DNA from: an uncultured Desulfarculus sp.
GTDB taxonomy: Bacteria > Desulfobacterota > Desulfarculia > Desulfarculales > Desulfarculaceae
DNA: 64,000 nt
Direction of reading: 5' to 3'
Assembly: GCA_963665125.2 (NCBI GenBank)
Contig: CAXXUK010000002.1
Span: 224,001 to 288,000, forward strand
Made by a program: the position numbers and the translations under genes. Positions 49,193 to 58,490 of this stretch are shown one piece after another (the stretch's first letter is position 1; each line of letters begins with the position of its first letter). The notes below the pieces were generated by a model. It saw only the letters and a program-made list of their open reading frames with translations, searched no databases and had not been told where the DNA came from.

Positions 49193-49880
49193 AGGCGAAA
49201 GGGCCTCTGTTGCAAATCATGGTCGTATTTTTGGCTTACCGAGGCGCAGGCTTGAATGATCCAAAATTTACATGGAAGGCCCCCAAATGGTCAATTCCGG
49301 CTATGCCAGATATGGCCCGATCAGTTCCCCGGCGCTACTACATTTACATCTAATTGGTTTCACTACTCTATTTTTACATGACACACGCACTGCGGCCTTA
49401 TAATGCCGTTTTCAAGATTCTCGGCTAACCTGCCTTGATGTTTATGGTTCCCTGGTTTTTCACAGATGTGCTTATGTTGGTCCACAAGGCGTTTCTTTTA
49501 TTTTCATCTAATTTCAACATAATTTGCATATTATCGTCGTTTTTCAGAAATGCAGTTATGCCTTCATTTTCCATGAAACATAATTGCCACATGTTTCGGC
49601 TATTGACACCAAAGCAAGTTCGCAAAAGCGTTTCCGGTGCATATCATATTGATTTAAAAACCATTATTAATCAGTAGTCACACTGCTGGGCCAGCCGAAA
49701 CAAAAGCCTAATATGTCGCTAATCTTTTATATATAATAGGGTTTCAGGCCTTTATTGAGAGGCTTTTCCAAGTACGTAATGGAACATATGGCCGTTTTTC
49801 GGACATAGTTCCGAATAGACCAAGAACTTCTATAAATAATACCTGTTTTCAATTACTGCTAAAAACCAGCCACGGAATGT

Positions 49881-49991
49881 TGTGGAAAAGGTCTGCCGTT
49901 TCCACGGTTTTTCCACCGGTTTTCCACCACACAAAATGGTTTTCCACCGGTTTTCAACAATTTCTACAAGGTTTTCAACAAAGTATGCACA
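49881..49991. repeat. Array of DnaA-box-like 9-mers (oriC-like or DnaA-titration site)
   Basis: TGTGGAAAA 49881; GTTTCCACG 49898; TTTTCCACC 49909, 49920, 49940; TTTTCAACA 49951, 49972; ATTTCTACA 49960; GTATGCACA 49983. Confidence 0.75.
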
Positions 49992-50215
49992 CAGAGCCGT
50001 TAACTTGTTTGTCAAAAAATCACTTTAATTTTATGATGTTACATATATTTCAACATATTAACCCGCAAAGTCTGATTCGCAATTGCCCCATTTATCAACC
50101 GGGCTGTCCGATATTCACCCAACCCTTAACGAAAACAAAAAAATCACGCTCGTCCGCATCCATCCACGGCCCCATGGGCCGGTGGACCCGAATATCTACC
50201 TTTTTCACAAGAAGA

Positions 50216-50418
50216 CTGCTAGTGCGCTGTTGAAAAACAGCCCACTAGGCGGGCCATGGATTCACCCCAATAAAGCTTCGCTTTGCCGGGGACCCCGTTC
50301 CGGCCCGCCAATTCGCGCGGTTTTCAAAGACAAGCAAATTAAGCAACTCTGCAAAACCACGCTTTTGCAAAGTTGCGGTTGAAAAAGTCCTGGATGGACT
50401 TTTTCAACACCCTGCTAG
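50216..50418. repeat. MITE/REP-like palindromic element at the wzm stop codon
   Basis: CTGCTAG direct repeats (50216, 50412), TGTTGAAAAA / TTTTTCAACA inverted ends, internal hairpins 50344-50375 and 50379-50407. Confidence 0.55.
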
Positions 50419-51197
50419 ATCTTTTCGGCGAAATATTCCTTATAGGCTTCGAAAAGGCGGATGCCGATAACCAATAGCACAAGGCTGGCCAACACCATTA
50501 TCCCCAGATAGTCCCAGCGGGGCATGCGGCCGTAGAAACACACGTCGTCATAGGCCATGGTGAATATGGCCGCGGGGTTGGCCATGACCGCCCAGTGGAA
50601 GCGCGGAGGCACGCTGCTGAGCGGATAAAGGATAGGGGTCAAAAAGAACCACAACGTCAACAGGTTGCCCATGATGTGGCGGGTGTCGCGCAAAAACACG
50701 CACATTGTCGTCAGGATCAGGGCCAGGGCAAAGGTGAACAGCAAATGGACCAGGGCCACAACCGGGAACAAGGCGAAATGCCAGCTGAGCTGCTTGCCGC
50801 TGATGACCATGAAGACCACCAGGATGGGCAGACTCAACAGAAAGTTGACAAAGTTGACCAAGACCCGGTTGGCCGGCAGCACCTGCATGGGAAAGGTTAC
50901 CTTGGTCACCAGGCTGCCGGCGTCCACAACCGACCCGGCGCCGTCCAGCATGGATTGGGAAAAGAAGATCCAGGGCAACAGGCCGGTGAACATGTAGACC
51001 GAATAGTGTTCCATCTCCACCCGAAAATACACGCTGAACACCAGGGAATAGACCAAAAGCAGCAATAGCGGATTCAGAAATGTCCACAAAAAGCCCAGAA
51101 CCGAGCCGCGGTAGCGCCCCTTGAGTTCGCGGGTGGTCAGGGCCCAAACCAGGGCCCGGTGCTTGCCAAGTTGCCGTATATGATCGATTTCCAGCAT
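50415..51197 (-). CDS. ABC-2 polysaccharide export permease (Wzm-like)
   Basis: RELKGRYRGSVLGFLWTFLNP, KVTFP, RD..H, FLTPILY, NP motifs. Confidence 0.92.
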   Translation of the reverse strand: MLEIDHIRQLGKHRALVWALTTRELKGRYRGSVLGFLWTFLNPLLLLLVYSLVFSVYFRVEMEHYSVYMFTGLLPWIFFSQSMLDGAGSVVDAGSLVTKVTFPMQVLPANRVLVNFVNFLLSLPILVVFMVISGKQLSWHFALFPVVALVHLLFTFALALILTTMCVFLRDTRHIMGNLLTLWFFLTPILYPLSSVPPRFHWAVMANPAAIFTMAYDDVCFYGRMPRWDYLGIMVLASLVLLVIGIRLFEAYKEYFAEKI

Positions 51198-51371
51198 AAA
51201 CCCTTCGTCCGCAGGTGTCGGCGCGAGAATACCACGGCCCGGTCAAATGTGCATAAGGCTTTTTTACCGGCAGCATATGGTTGCATCAAGGCCGCCAATT
51301 CTATTTAATAGAAGCCACGCTCCTCAACTTTGATAGTCACATTGGCAGCATACAAGTTCCGGAGGAAGAGC

Positions 51372-52199
51372 TTGCGCCTCAAATTTCACGGCACCAGGGG
51401 CTCGATACCGACGCCCGGGCCCGACACGCTGATCTACGGCGGCAATACGACCTGCGTGGAGTTGGACATCGACGGCCAGCCTCCGGTGATCATCGACGCC
51501 GGTACGGGTCTGCGCCTGCTGGGCGAGGAATTGGCCCGCAGCCCCCAGGGAGAAGCGGTGTTGCTGATGACCCATGTGCATTGGGACCACACCATCGGCT
51601 TTCCGTTTTTCGCCCCCATCTACATGCCCGGCTGGCACCTGCGCCTGGGCGGATGGCCCGGCGGGCTGATGGGGCTGACTTCGCTTTTCGGCTCCAGCGA
51701 CGGCATGGGCCGCTTTCCCGTGCAATACCGGGATCTGCCAGCCTCGCTGGTCCAGGACGAGACACTAAGCGCGCCCGAAATGCGCCTGGGCTCCGTAGCC
51801 GTGCGCACCGCGCCGCTGAATCACCCCCAGGGGGCCATAGGCCTGCGCTTCGAGGCCCCAGGCGGGGCAATGATGTTCATCACGGACCATGAACTGGACC
51901 AAAGCTCCGAACTGGGAATGGAGCACACCCTGGCCTTTTGCGACGGGGCCAAAATCATCATCCACGACGCCCAATATTTACCCGAGGAAATGGAGGCCCA
52001 CCGCGGCTTCGGACATTCGGACTGGCGCATGGTGGTGGATTTGGCCAAACGGGCCGGAGCCGAACACCTGGTGCTGACCCACCATGACCCCCGGCGCAGC
52101 GACGCGGAGGTGGAAAAAATCGTTGAGCAAGCCAGGCTTGAGGCCGGCTCGTCATTAAGAATTGACGCGGCGCGCGAAGGCATGCAACTTGAAATTTAG
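51372..52199 (+). CDS. MBL-fold metallo-hydrolase (phosphodiesterase-like)
   Basis: GTRGSIP, YGGNTTC, DAGTG, THVHWDH, HDAQY, GHS, HHDP; GGAGG RBS before TTG 51372. Confidence 0.9.
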   Translation: MRLKFHGTRGSIPTPGPDTLIYGGNTTCVELDIDGQPPVIIDAGTGLRLLGEELARSPQGEAVLLMTHVHWDHTIGFPFFAPIYMPGWHLRLGGWPGGLMGLTSLFGSSDGMGRFPVQYRDLPASLVQDETLSAPEMRLGSVAVRTAPLNHPQGAIGLRFEAPGGAMMFITDHELDQSSELGMEHTLAFCDGAKIIIHDAQYLPEEMEAHRGFGHSDWRMVVDLAKRAGAEHLVLTHHDPRRSDAEVEKIVEQARLEAGSSLRIDAAREGMQLEI

Positions 52200-52222
52200 C
52201 GCCGTCTATTACGGAGGATAAA

Positions 52223-53434
52223 ATGCAGCACCTGGATAATCCGGGATTATTGCAGGACCTCCTGACTCTCACCGAGCACATGATTTCCACCAATGACGTG
52301 GATTTCCTGCTGAGCAACATCCTTACCCAGGCCCGCCGTCTGGCCAGGGCCGAAGCCGGTTCCATCTTTCTGGTCGAGGGAGACAACCTGCGTTTTGTCT
52401 ACGTGCAAAACGATGTCCTGGACACCGGAGGCAAGGGCTCATACGTGGACCAGCTCATGCCCTTGAACAAAAGCAGCCTGGCCGGCTACACCGCAGTCAC
52501 CGGCATGCCGCTGATCATTGACGACGTCTACCAGATACCTGAAAGCGCGCCGTACGGCTTTAACCGGACCTTTGACCAGAAAACCGGCTACCGCACGCGC
52601 TCCATGCTGGTCACGCCCATGGAGACCAGCCGGGGCAAGATGGTTGGCGTGCTGCAATTGATCAACGCCAGGGGTGAAAACGAAAAGGTGAAGACTTTCG
52701 AGGACCGCGACGTGATGCTGGCCAACTACTGCGCTGCCAACGGGGCCATTGTTCTGGAACGGGCCCTGATCACCAGGGAGCTGATCCTGCGGACCATGCG
52801 CATGGCCGAACTGCGGGACCCGAAAGAGACGGGACCTCACGTCAACCGGGTTGGCGGCGTGGCCGCGGTGATCTTTGAGCACATGGCCCGGGCCATGGGC
52901 AAGGACCCGGACACCGTGCGCCGCGATACCGACCTGGTGAGGGTGGCGGCCATGCTCCATGACGTGGGCAAGGTGGCCATCAGCGATACTATCCTCAAAA
53001 AGCCTGGCAAGCTTACCGACGAGGAATTCGCGGTTATCAAACTACACACCCTGGCCGGAGCCCAGCTTTTCAAAGAAGAAGCCAGCGAACTGGACCACAT
53101 GGCCCAGACCATAGCCCTGCGCCATCACGAACGCTGGGACGGCAAGGGCTATCCCGGCGACGTGCCCGATCCCCGGGACCCGGCCGCCGTGCCCGGCAAG
53201 GGCCTGGTGGGCGACCAGACGCCTCTCCCGGCCCGCATAACCGCCGTGGCCGACGTCTACGACGCCCTGATCTCGGCCAGGGTCTACAAACCGGCCTTTA
53301 CCGAGAACAAGGTCCTGTCAATTATCCGGGAAGAATCAGGTGCCCAGTTCGACCCGACGGTGGTGAAGGCCTTTTTCGAGGTCTACGACGAGATCCGTAT
53401 GGTTCACCACCGCTTTGCCGAAGATCATGACTGA
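52223..53434 (+). CDS. GAF + HD-GYP cyclic-dinucleotide phosphodiesterase
   Basis: GAF (FDQKTGYRTRSML), LHDVGK, HHERWDGKGYP, ADVYDAL, QFDP. Confidence 0.94.
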   Translation: MQHLDNPGLLQDLLTLTEHMISTNDVDFLLSNILTQARRLARAEAGSIFLVEGDNLRFVYVQNDVLDTGGKGSYVDQLMPLNKSSLAGYTAVTGMPLIIDDVYQIPESAPYGFNRTFDQKTGYRTRSMLVTPMETSRGKMVGVLQLINARGENEKVKTFEDRDVMLANYCAANGAIVLERALITRELILRTMRMAELRDPKETGPHVNRVGGVAAVIFEHMARAMGKDPDTVRRDTDLVRVAAMLHDVGKVAISDTILKKPGKLTDEEFAVIKLHTLAGAQLFKEEASELDHMAQTIALRHHERWDGKGYPGDVPDPRDPAAVPGKGLVGDQTPLPARITAVADVYDALISARVYKPAFTENKVLSIIREESGAQFDPTVVKAFFEVYDEIRMVHHRFAEDHD

Positions 53435-53440
53435 GTTGCC

Positions 53441-53466
53441 GCCCCGGCCTTCCGCGGGCCGGGGCG
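53441..53466. terminator. Hairpin between convergent genes
   Basis: GCCCCGGCC...GGCCGGGGC stem. Confidence 0.55.
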
Positions 53467-53474
53467 AATTAGAT

Positions 53475-53966
53475 TTATTTCAGCAGGGACGCCAGCTTGT
53501 CATAGTCGAACTTCTCGGCCAGGGACAGTACGACGGCCTTTGAATCGGGCCAGCCGTTGTCAAATGTGATCTCCACCACCGCCTTGTTGTCGACGATAAC
53601 CACCAGGGCGCTATCGTAAAACACCGATGCCTTCCTACCGGCCACTTTAATGGCGTCGCAGCCGGGCAACATGCCGTTGGCCGCGTTGATAAACGCCTGG
53701 AGGCCGTTGCCCAAGATGTTGATGCCGATTGTCTGCGCGCCGGTATATTCCCGGCGGACCTCGCTGTTTTCTTGCAGATACTCCAACAGGTCGTCGCCCG
53801 GATCAATGTCGAAAGACACCTCTTCCTCGGCTTGATAACCCGCCGGGGCAGCCGGGTAGCAGGACGCAACCTCGCTCTTGAGGTCTCCGGCCAGGGCAGC
53901 CCCGACCCCCAGCACGATCAGGCAACAGACCACCGCCAACAGCATCAACCGCTCGACAACGCGCAT
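53475..53966 (-). CDS. Exported hypothetical protein
   Basis: Signal peptide ending AALA; no family recognised. Confidence 0.7.
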   Translation of the reverse strand: MRVVERLMLLAVVCCLIVLGVGAALAGDLKSEVASCYPAAPAGYQAEEEVSFDIDPGDDLLEYLQENSEVRREYTGAQTIGINILGNGLQAFINAANGMLPGCDAIKVAGRKASVFYDSALVVIVDNKAVVEITFDNGWPDSKAVVLSLAEKFDYDKLASLLK

Positions 53967-54041
53967 AAGCAACCCCCTTTATTCGAAATGATATGCCTAG
54001 CCATGGTAGTTGTTTTTACTTGCAAGGTCAACGGCCACGAG

Positions 54042-54075
54042 AAACGCCCCGGCAGGCGTTAAACCCGCCGGGGCG
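54042..54075 (-). terminator. Terminator closing the phage-like operon
   Basis: CGCCCCGGC..G...C..GCCGGGGCG stem with T-run on minus strand, 24 bp after the tail-tube stop. Confidence 0.7.
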
Positions 54076-54098
54076 CACGGCCGAACCCGGCCTCCCCC

Positions 54099-55115
54099 CT
54101 AGGCCAGGGGATCGGTGCTCAGGGTGTTGGTGATGGCGATATGCAGCGGGGCGGTGATGCCGTCCATGCCCGTGGGCGCGCTGGAGGCGGCCAGCAAGGC
54201 CGCCGACACCGGCTGGGTGATCTTGCCCGCGCCGTTGATACTGGCCTCGGCGTTGGTCAGGGCCAGGTGGGGCATGCTCAGGGTGATGACATTGTCTCCG
54301 CTGGTGAAGATCATGGACATTTTCTTGCGGGTGTCGGAGCCCAGGTCGCTGAGGAACACGTCGCTGGTGTACACCGGGAAGTCCAGGCTCAGCGACAGGG
54401 TCGGGAAGCCCGTGGCCGTGGGTTCGCTGATGGTGTCGCCGCCGCCGGCCAGATGATCGCCGGACAGGTTGCGGCTGACGCTCAAGGTGAAGCCGCTGGG
54501 CTGGATCTCATTGGCCGAATCCAGGGCCGCGCCGCTCTGGTCGTTGATGCGGAAGGAGCCGTGGCGGAACAGCACCCGGCCCGCCGGGGAGGGGCTGTCC
54601 AGGGCGGCCATGACCGTGGTGGTGTTGGCGCCGCTGGTGGTGTTGATGACCCGGTCGTCGCACAAGAGGTTCAGGCCCAGGCTCAGGGGCTGGCCCGCCT
54701 GGCCCGACAGGGAAAAGCCCGTGACCTTGGCCCCAGCGAACTCGTGCACCGAAAAGCCCTTGTACAAGGCCAGGGTGCCGAACAGGCCGTCAATGTGGTC
54801 GGCCATGGCCAGGGAGTGGGTGTAGGTGCCGTCCAGGTTGTCGGTGGGCGTGCCCGCCGCGCCCATGACCATGGCCAAGAGGGTTTCCAGGCCGGTGTAG
54901 CGCAGATAGGCGCTGATGTCGCCGGAGCAGGTGATGAAGCCCTGGTCCGAATTGCTCTGGAAGGCGTGGCCCGCCGAGTCGTCCAGGAGCTGTTCGCGGC
55001 TGCGGCTGACGCTTTCGCTGGTGATCAGGATCATGTCGCTCTGGGCGCAGGCCACGGCCGTGCCCCAGGTGTCGGCCTTCTTGAAGGCGGCCTTGATTTC
55101 TCTACCGGTACTCAT
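54099..55115 (-). CDS. Phage tail tube (major tail) protein
   Basis: TWGT N-terminus, CSGDIS, FAGAKVTGFSLS, S/T/G-rich beta pattern; position after tail terminator. Confidence 0.7.
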   Translation of the reverse strand: MSTGREIKAAFKKADTWGTAVACAQSDMILITSESVSRSREQLLDDSAGHAFQSNSDQGFITCSGDISAYLRYTGLETLLAMVMGAAGTPTDNLDGTYTHSLAMADHIDGLFGTLALYKGFSVHEFAGAKVTGFSLSGQAGQPLSLGLNLLCDDRVINTTSGANTTTVMAALDSPSPAGRVLFRHGSFRINDQSGAALDSANEIQPSGFTLSVSRNLSGDHLAGGGDTISEPTATGFPTLSLSLDFPVYTSDVFLSDLGSDTRKKMSMIFTSGDNVITLSMPHLALTNAEASINGAGKITQPVSAALLAASSAPTGMDGITAPLHIAITNTLSTDPLA

Positions 55116-55143
55116 TGCTCTTCTCCAATATTAAAGTAATTGC

Positions 55144-55572
55144 TCAAAGTGTATTGCTGGCTGATTCATAGGTGACGCGCAGTTCCATGTCGAACATGCC
55201 GATGGGGTCGGAGGCGCCGCCCTCGTAGACCTCGATGGCCCCGCAGGATGTGCGGCTCCAGTGGGGGTTCAAAGCCGGGTCGGCCAGGGCCCCCACGCAC
55301 GAGGCGGCAAGCTGGTCCAGTTCGCCGTAAGTGCCCTCGGGTGCGTCGGCCGCGCCCCACAGGTGCATGATCAGCACCCGCTCGGCCTGGTCGGCGGCAA
55401 GGTCCTTGGTTTCCACGCGTTCGTTGAACAGGGCCAGGGCCGGACGCTCCGGCATCTCGCTGGCCAGCCTGATGCCCCGCTCCACCCTGGCCGCGGCCAC
55501 GTAGGGCCCGTATTCCGGGGCCATGGTGGTCAGGCAGGTCATCAGGTCGCTGATTATGGTTGCTCTTGTCAT
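55144..55572 (-). CDS. Putative tail terminator/completion protein
   Basis: TRATII...L, PALAL, C-terminal LRVTY; size and synteny. Confidence 0.6.
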   Translation of the reverse strand: MTRATIISDLMTCLTTMAPEYGPYVAAARVERGIRLASEMPERPALALFNERVETKDLAADQAERVLIMHLWGAADAPEGTYGELDQLAASCVGALADPALNPHWSRTSCGAIEVYEGGASDPIGMFDMELRVTYESASNTL

Positions 55573-55982
55573 CGGAACTCCTCGGCCAGGCGGGCTTGCA
55601 GGCGTTCGGGAAGCTGCTCCAGGGCCTTTTCCAGGCTGGGCCGCATGAACGGCCGGGCCGGGATCTCAACCCGCTTCTTGTTGGCCCAGCGGCCACCCAC
55701 CCGAAAGCGCAGGTACTCGGCCTTTTTGGCCTGGATCACCGCGCCTTTTTCATGGACCCAGGCATACGGCGAATCTGTCTCAAGGCTGCCGGTGATGGTG
55801 TCGCCGTTGCGGGTAACGCGGTAGCTCAGCGAGCGGCTCAGGGCCCCGCTTTGGCTGCGCGGGCCGCCGCCGCCGGGGCCCAGGGCCCGCCGGGCCAGGC
55901 GCACGGCCTCTTGCAGCACGTCGCTCATGGCCTTTTCGGCGGCGTGGGCCAGGGCCTGGCGCAGGTCCGCGGGCCAGCTCAC
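55569..55982 (-). CDS. Neck/tail-completion protein (HK97 gp10 / Mu G-like)
   Basis: SGALSRSL, YAWVHEKG, IPARPFMRP motifs. Confidence 0.8.
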   Translation of the reverse strand: MSWPADLRQALAHAAEKAMSDVLQEAVRLARRALGPGGGGPRSQSGALSRSLSYRVTRNGDTITGSLETDSPYAWVHEKGAVIQAKKAEYLRFRVGGRWANKKRVEIPARPFMRPSLEKALEQLPERLQARLAEEFR

Positions 55983-56575
55983 AACAGGCTCCGGTTCACG
56001 TAGCGCTCCAGCACGGCGCGCACCTGGGGCAGCAGCTCGCCGTCCCGGAAACTCACCGTGCCGTCGGCCACCGTGCGGGCGGCCAGACCCAGGCGGCCTT
56101 GGCCCGCGTAGGACTGCTGATAGCGCACCACGCTCTGCTCCACGGCGGCCTGGGCCAAATCGGCAGGGATAACTTCGAAGCCAGCCGTGTAGGCAAGCTT
56201 GACGTTGGCCAGGCCCCTGGTGAACACACCCGAGGCCAGGCGGAGCACCCCGGCCTGGCGGTCGATATGCACCGCGTCCGTCGGATGGGCCGCGCCGCCG
56301 ATCTCCAGGCCGCTCAGGCTGACAATGGGGTATTGGGGCAGCAGCAGCTCGGCATGGCCCGAACCGTCCAGGATCGTGTTGTCGGGTGAATAGTCGTCGC
56401 CGGCCGGGTCATGGCCATAGGCCCTGGCCCGCAGCTTGCGGCCGGTGAAGGTGTTGAACTGGGCGCTGACCGCCTCGATGAGGCCCTCCAGCAGGGCGTC
56501 GTCATCGGTGCTTGTCTTGTCCAGATAGGCCTTGACCTGCTCAAGGCTGGCCAGGGCGTCGCCGGAAAGGGCCAT
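55979..56575 (-). CDS. Head-tail connector/adaptor (gp6-like)
   Basis: LASLEQVKAYL...DDALLE.LI.AVS, YTAGF..IPADL. Confidence 0.82.
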   Translation of the reverse strand: MALSGDALASLEQVKAYLDKTSTDDDALLEGLIEAVSAQFNTFTGRKLRARAYGHDPAGDDYSPDNTILDGSGHAELLLPQYPIVSLSGLEIGGAAHPTDAVHIDRQAGVLRLASGVFTRGLANVKLAYTAGFEVIPADLAQAAVEQSVVRYQQSYAGQGRLGLAARTVADGTVSFRDGELLPQVRAVLERYVNRSLL

Positions 56576-56612
56576 GTCCGTCCTCCGGGTTTATTAAAGT
56601 GTTAGCTTCAAA

Positions 56613-56640
56613 TCAGGAGCCCGCCGGGGCGGGCCCCTGA
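56613..56640 (-). terminator. Hairpin after major capsid gene (attenuator/terminator)
   Basis: TCAGGAGCCCGCC...GGCGGGCCCCTGA stem. Confidence 0.55.
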
Positions 56641-56647
56641 CACCGCG

Positions 56648-57880
56648 CTAGGCAGTGGGCACGCCGCTGAGCATGGCGAAACGCTTTTCGTTGCTCACGG
56701 CAAAGCCCATGCGCACCTCGGCCAGGAAGCAGGTCTGGTTGTAGCTGAAGTACGGCTCGGCCCAGGGGTTGGTCTTGACGGTGAGCCCCTGGCGCACGCC
56801 CACAAAGGCGCTGCCCGCGAAATCGCCGGCAAAGAGCCTGGTCTCGTCGGTGCCGCTGCCCAGGTTGGTCAGCACGTTGGGGTCGCGCACGAACGGCTCG
56901 CCCCAGACTCGGGGACGGTTGTCGGCCTCGGCCCTGGGCTGGCCCGGCTGGCGGTAGATGTAGTCGCCGCCGGTGTCCTTGATTTTCATCAGCACCTTTT
57001 CGGCCTTGGCGTGGCCGATGACCGGCACTTCGGCCGCATGTGGCGCGTTCTGGTAGACGGCGAAGATCAGGTCGGCCACGTCGTCGAAGCTGAAGGTCTC
57101 GCTGGCGCTCAGGGCGTTGGTGCTGATCAGGGTGGCCAGGCCGCTGACGGGATCGGTGGCCGTGCCCGCGCCGCGAAGGCAGGCGGTGTCAAAGGCGCCC
57201 GCGATGGTCTCGGCGAACAGCGCGGCCAAAACCTGGTCCACGGCCGGGTCGGAGTCGTCCAAAAGCTGGTTGGAGACCACCACCTTGACGGCCAGCATGT
57301 GGCTGGTGATGGCCAGCTGGCCAAAGGCGGCGTCGGAGCCGACGACCTCGCCGCTGGTCTGGTGGGCGCCGTCGGGCACCAGGCCCTCGGTGTCGGAGGC
57401 CTCGGGCACCCAATAGGCGCTCAGGCCGCCGCTGATGGTGGGGAAGGTGATCTGCCGGGAGCGCATGGGCACCTCGCGGCACAGGCCCTTGACGGCGCTG
57501 TAGTTGTTGACCAGGTCAAGCACCTCGCCGCCCTGCTCGGCCGGGGCCAGGTAGCCGCCCGCCGAGGACAGGCCCTCGCGCAGGTCCTTGGCCAGGCTGG
57601 CCGGGGCCGCGGTGCGCACCAGTTCGTCGGCGCTCAGGTGGCGCGGGGCCTGGCCCATGCCCAGACGGCGGACGTCGCCCAGGAAGTTGCTCATGCCCAG
57701 GCCGGAGCCAAAGGGATTCTGGCCAAGGTTGACGCTCTTGGAGTCCACCACGGACAGGGCCTTTTGCACCCGCTGGTCCACCAGGGCGGCCAGCTTGGTT
57801 TCGTCCATCTCCAGGCCCGAGGCCTGTTCCATCATGCTGATGATCTGTTTTTCGTTCATTTGCTCGTTCCTCTGTTTCAT
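56648..57880 (-). CDS. HK97-fold major capsid protein
   Basis: AGGYLAP, AYWVPE, VSNQLLDDS, KIKDTGGDYI, FAGDF, RMGFAV. Confidence 0.93.
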   Translation of the reverse strand: MKQRNEQMNEKQIISMMEQASGLEMDETKLAALVDQRVQKALSVVDSKSVNLGQNPFGSGLGMSNFLGDVRRLGMGQAPRHLSADELVRTAAPASLAKDLREGLSSAGGYLAPAEQGGEVLDLVNNYSAVKGLCREVPMRSRQITFPTISGGLSAYWVPEASDTEGLVPDGAHQTSGEVVGSDAAFGQLAITSHMLAVKVVVSNQLLDDSDPAVDQVLAALFAETIAGAFDTACLRGAGTATDPVSGLATLISTNALSASETFSFDDVADLIFAVYQNAPHAAEVPVIGHAKAEKVLMKIKDTGGDYIYRQPGQPRAEADNRPRVWGEPFVRDPNVLTNLGSGTDETRLFAGDFAGSAFVGVRQGLTVKTNPWAEPYFSYNQTCFLAEVRMGFAVSNEKRFAMLSGVPTA

Positions 57881-57890
57881 TAATTTTTGG

Positions 57891-58466
57891 TTAGCGGGCC
57901 AGGCGGCGGGCCAGGCTGGCGCACACCAGCCGGTCCAGCACCGGGCTCATTGCTTTGGCGGCCGCAACGTCGGGTTGGGGTTTGCGGTTCAGGCCCAGGG
58001 AAACCAGGGCGTCGGGGTTGGCGGGAAGGGTCACGCAGGAAATCTCGAACAGCTCCTGCTTGAGGTAATGGTTGCCGGTGACGGTGCGGCCGTCGGCCAC
58101 GCGGGTCTCCACGCGGCTGTCGATGGGCGAAAAACCCACGGAAAAGGCGTGCATGTAGCCACCCTTGTAGAGCTTCCAGATGGTGTCGGCGAACGGGTAT
58201 TCCTCGGCCGTGGGAAACTGGGCCTGGAACAGGAGCCTGCCGTGGTCGGTGGCCAGGCGCAGGCATTTGGCCACGGGCGGCTGGTTGTAGTCGTGGGCCC
58301 AGGCGATTACCGGGTTGCCCAGGTAGTTGCTGAAGTACCAGCCCTGGGCGTCGATGCGGTCGCCCTGGCGGTCCACGCCCTCGGTGCTGGCCACGGCCCA
58401 AAAGGTGCGGGCCTGTTCGTCGATGCCGCTGAGATCGCATTCCAGGATTTTTTGTATGAGTTTCAT
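57891..58466 (-). CDS. HK97-family prohead protease
   Basis: STEGVDRQGDRI, NPVIAWAHD, FSVGF, EISCVTLPANPDA. Confidence 0.93.
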   Translation of the reverse strand: MKLIQKILECDLSGIDEQARTFWAVASTEGVDRQGDRIDAQGWYFSNYLGNPVIAWAHDYNQPPVAKCLRLATDHGRLLFQAQFPTAEEYPFADTIWKLYKGGYMHAFSVGFSPIDSRVETRVADGRTVTGNHYLKQELFEISCVTLPANPDALVSLGLNRKPQPDVAAAKAMSPVLDRLVCASLARRLAR

Positions 58467-58490
58467 CTTGATCCCCCCTGACTTGGCCGC

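Noticed and set aside
49881..49991. CRISPR array or plasmid iterons
   Set aside because: Units are 9-mers with 0-11 bp gaps, no spacers or cas/rep genes; they match DnaA boxes next to dnaA
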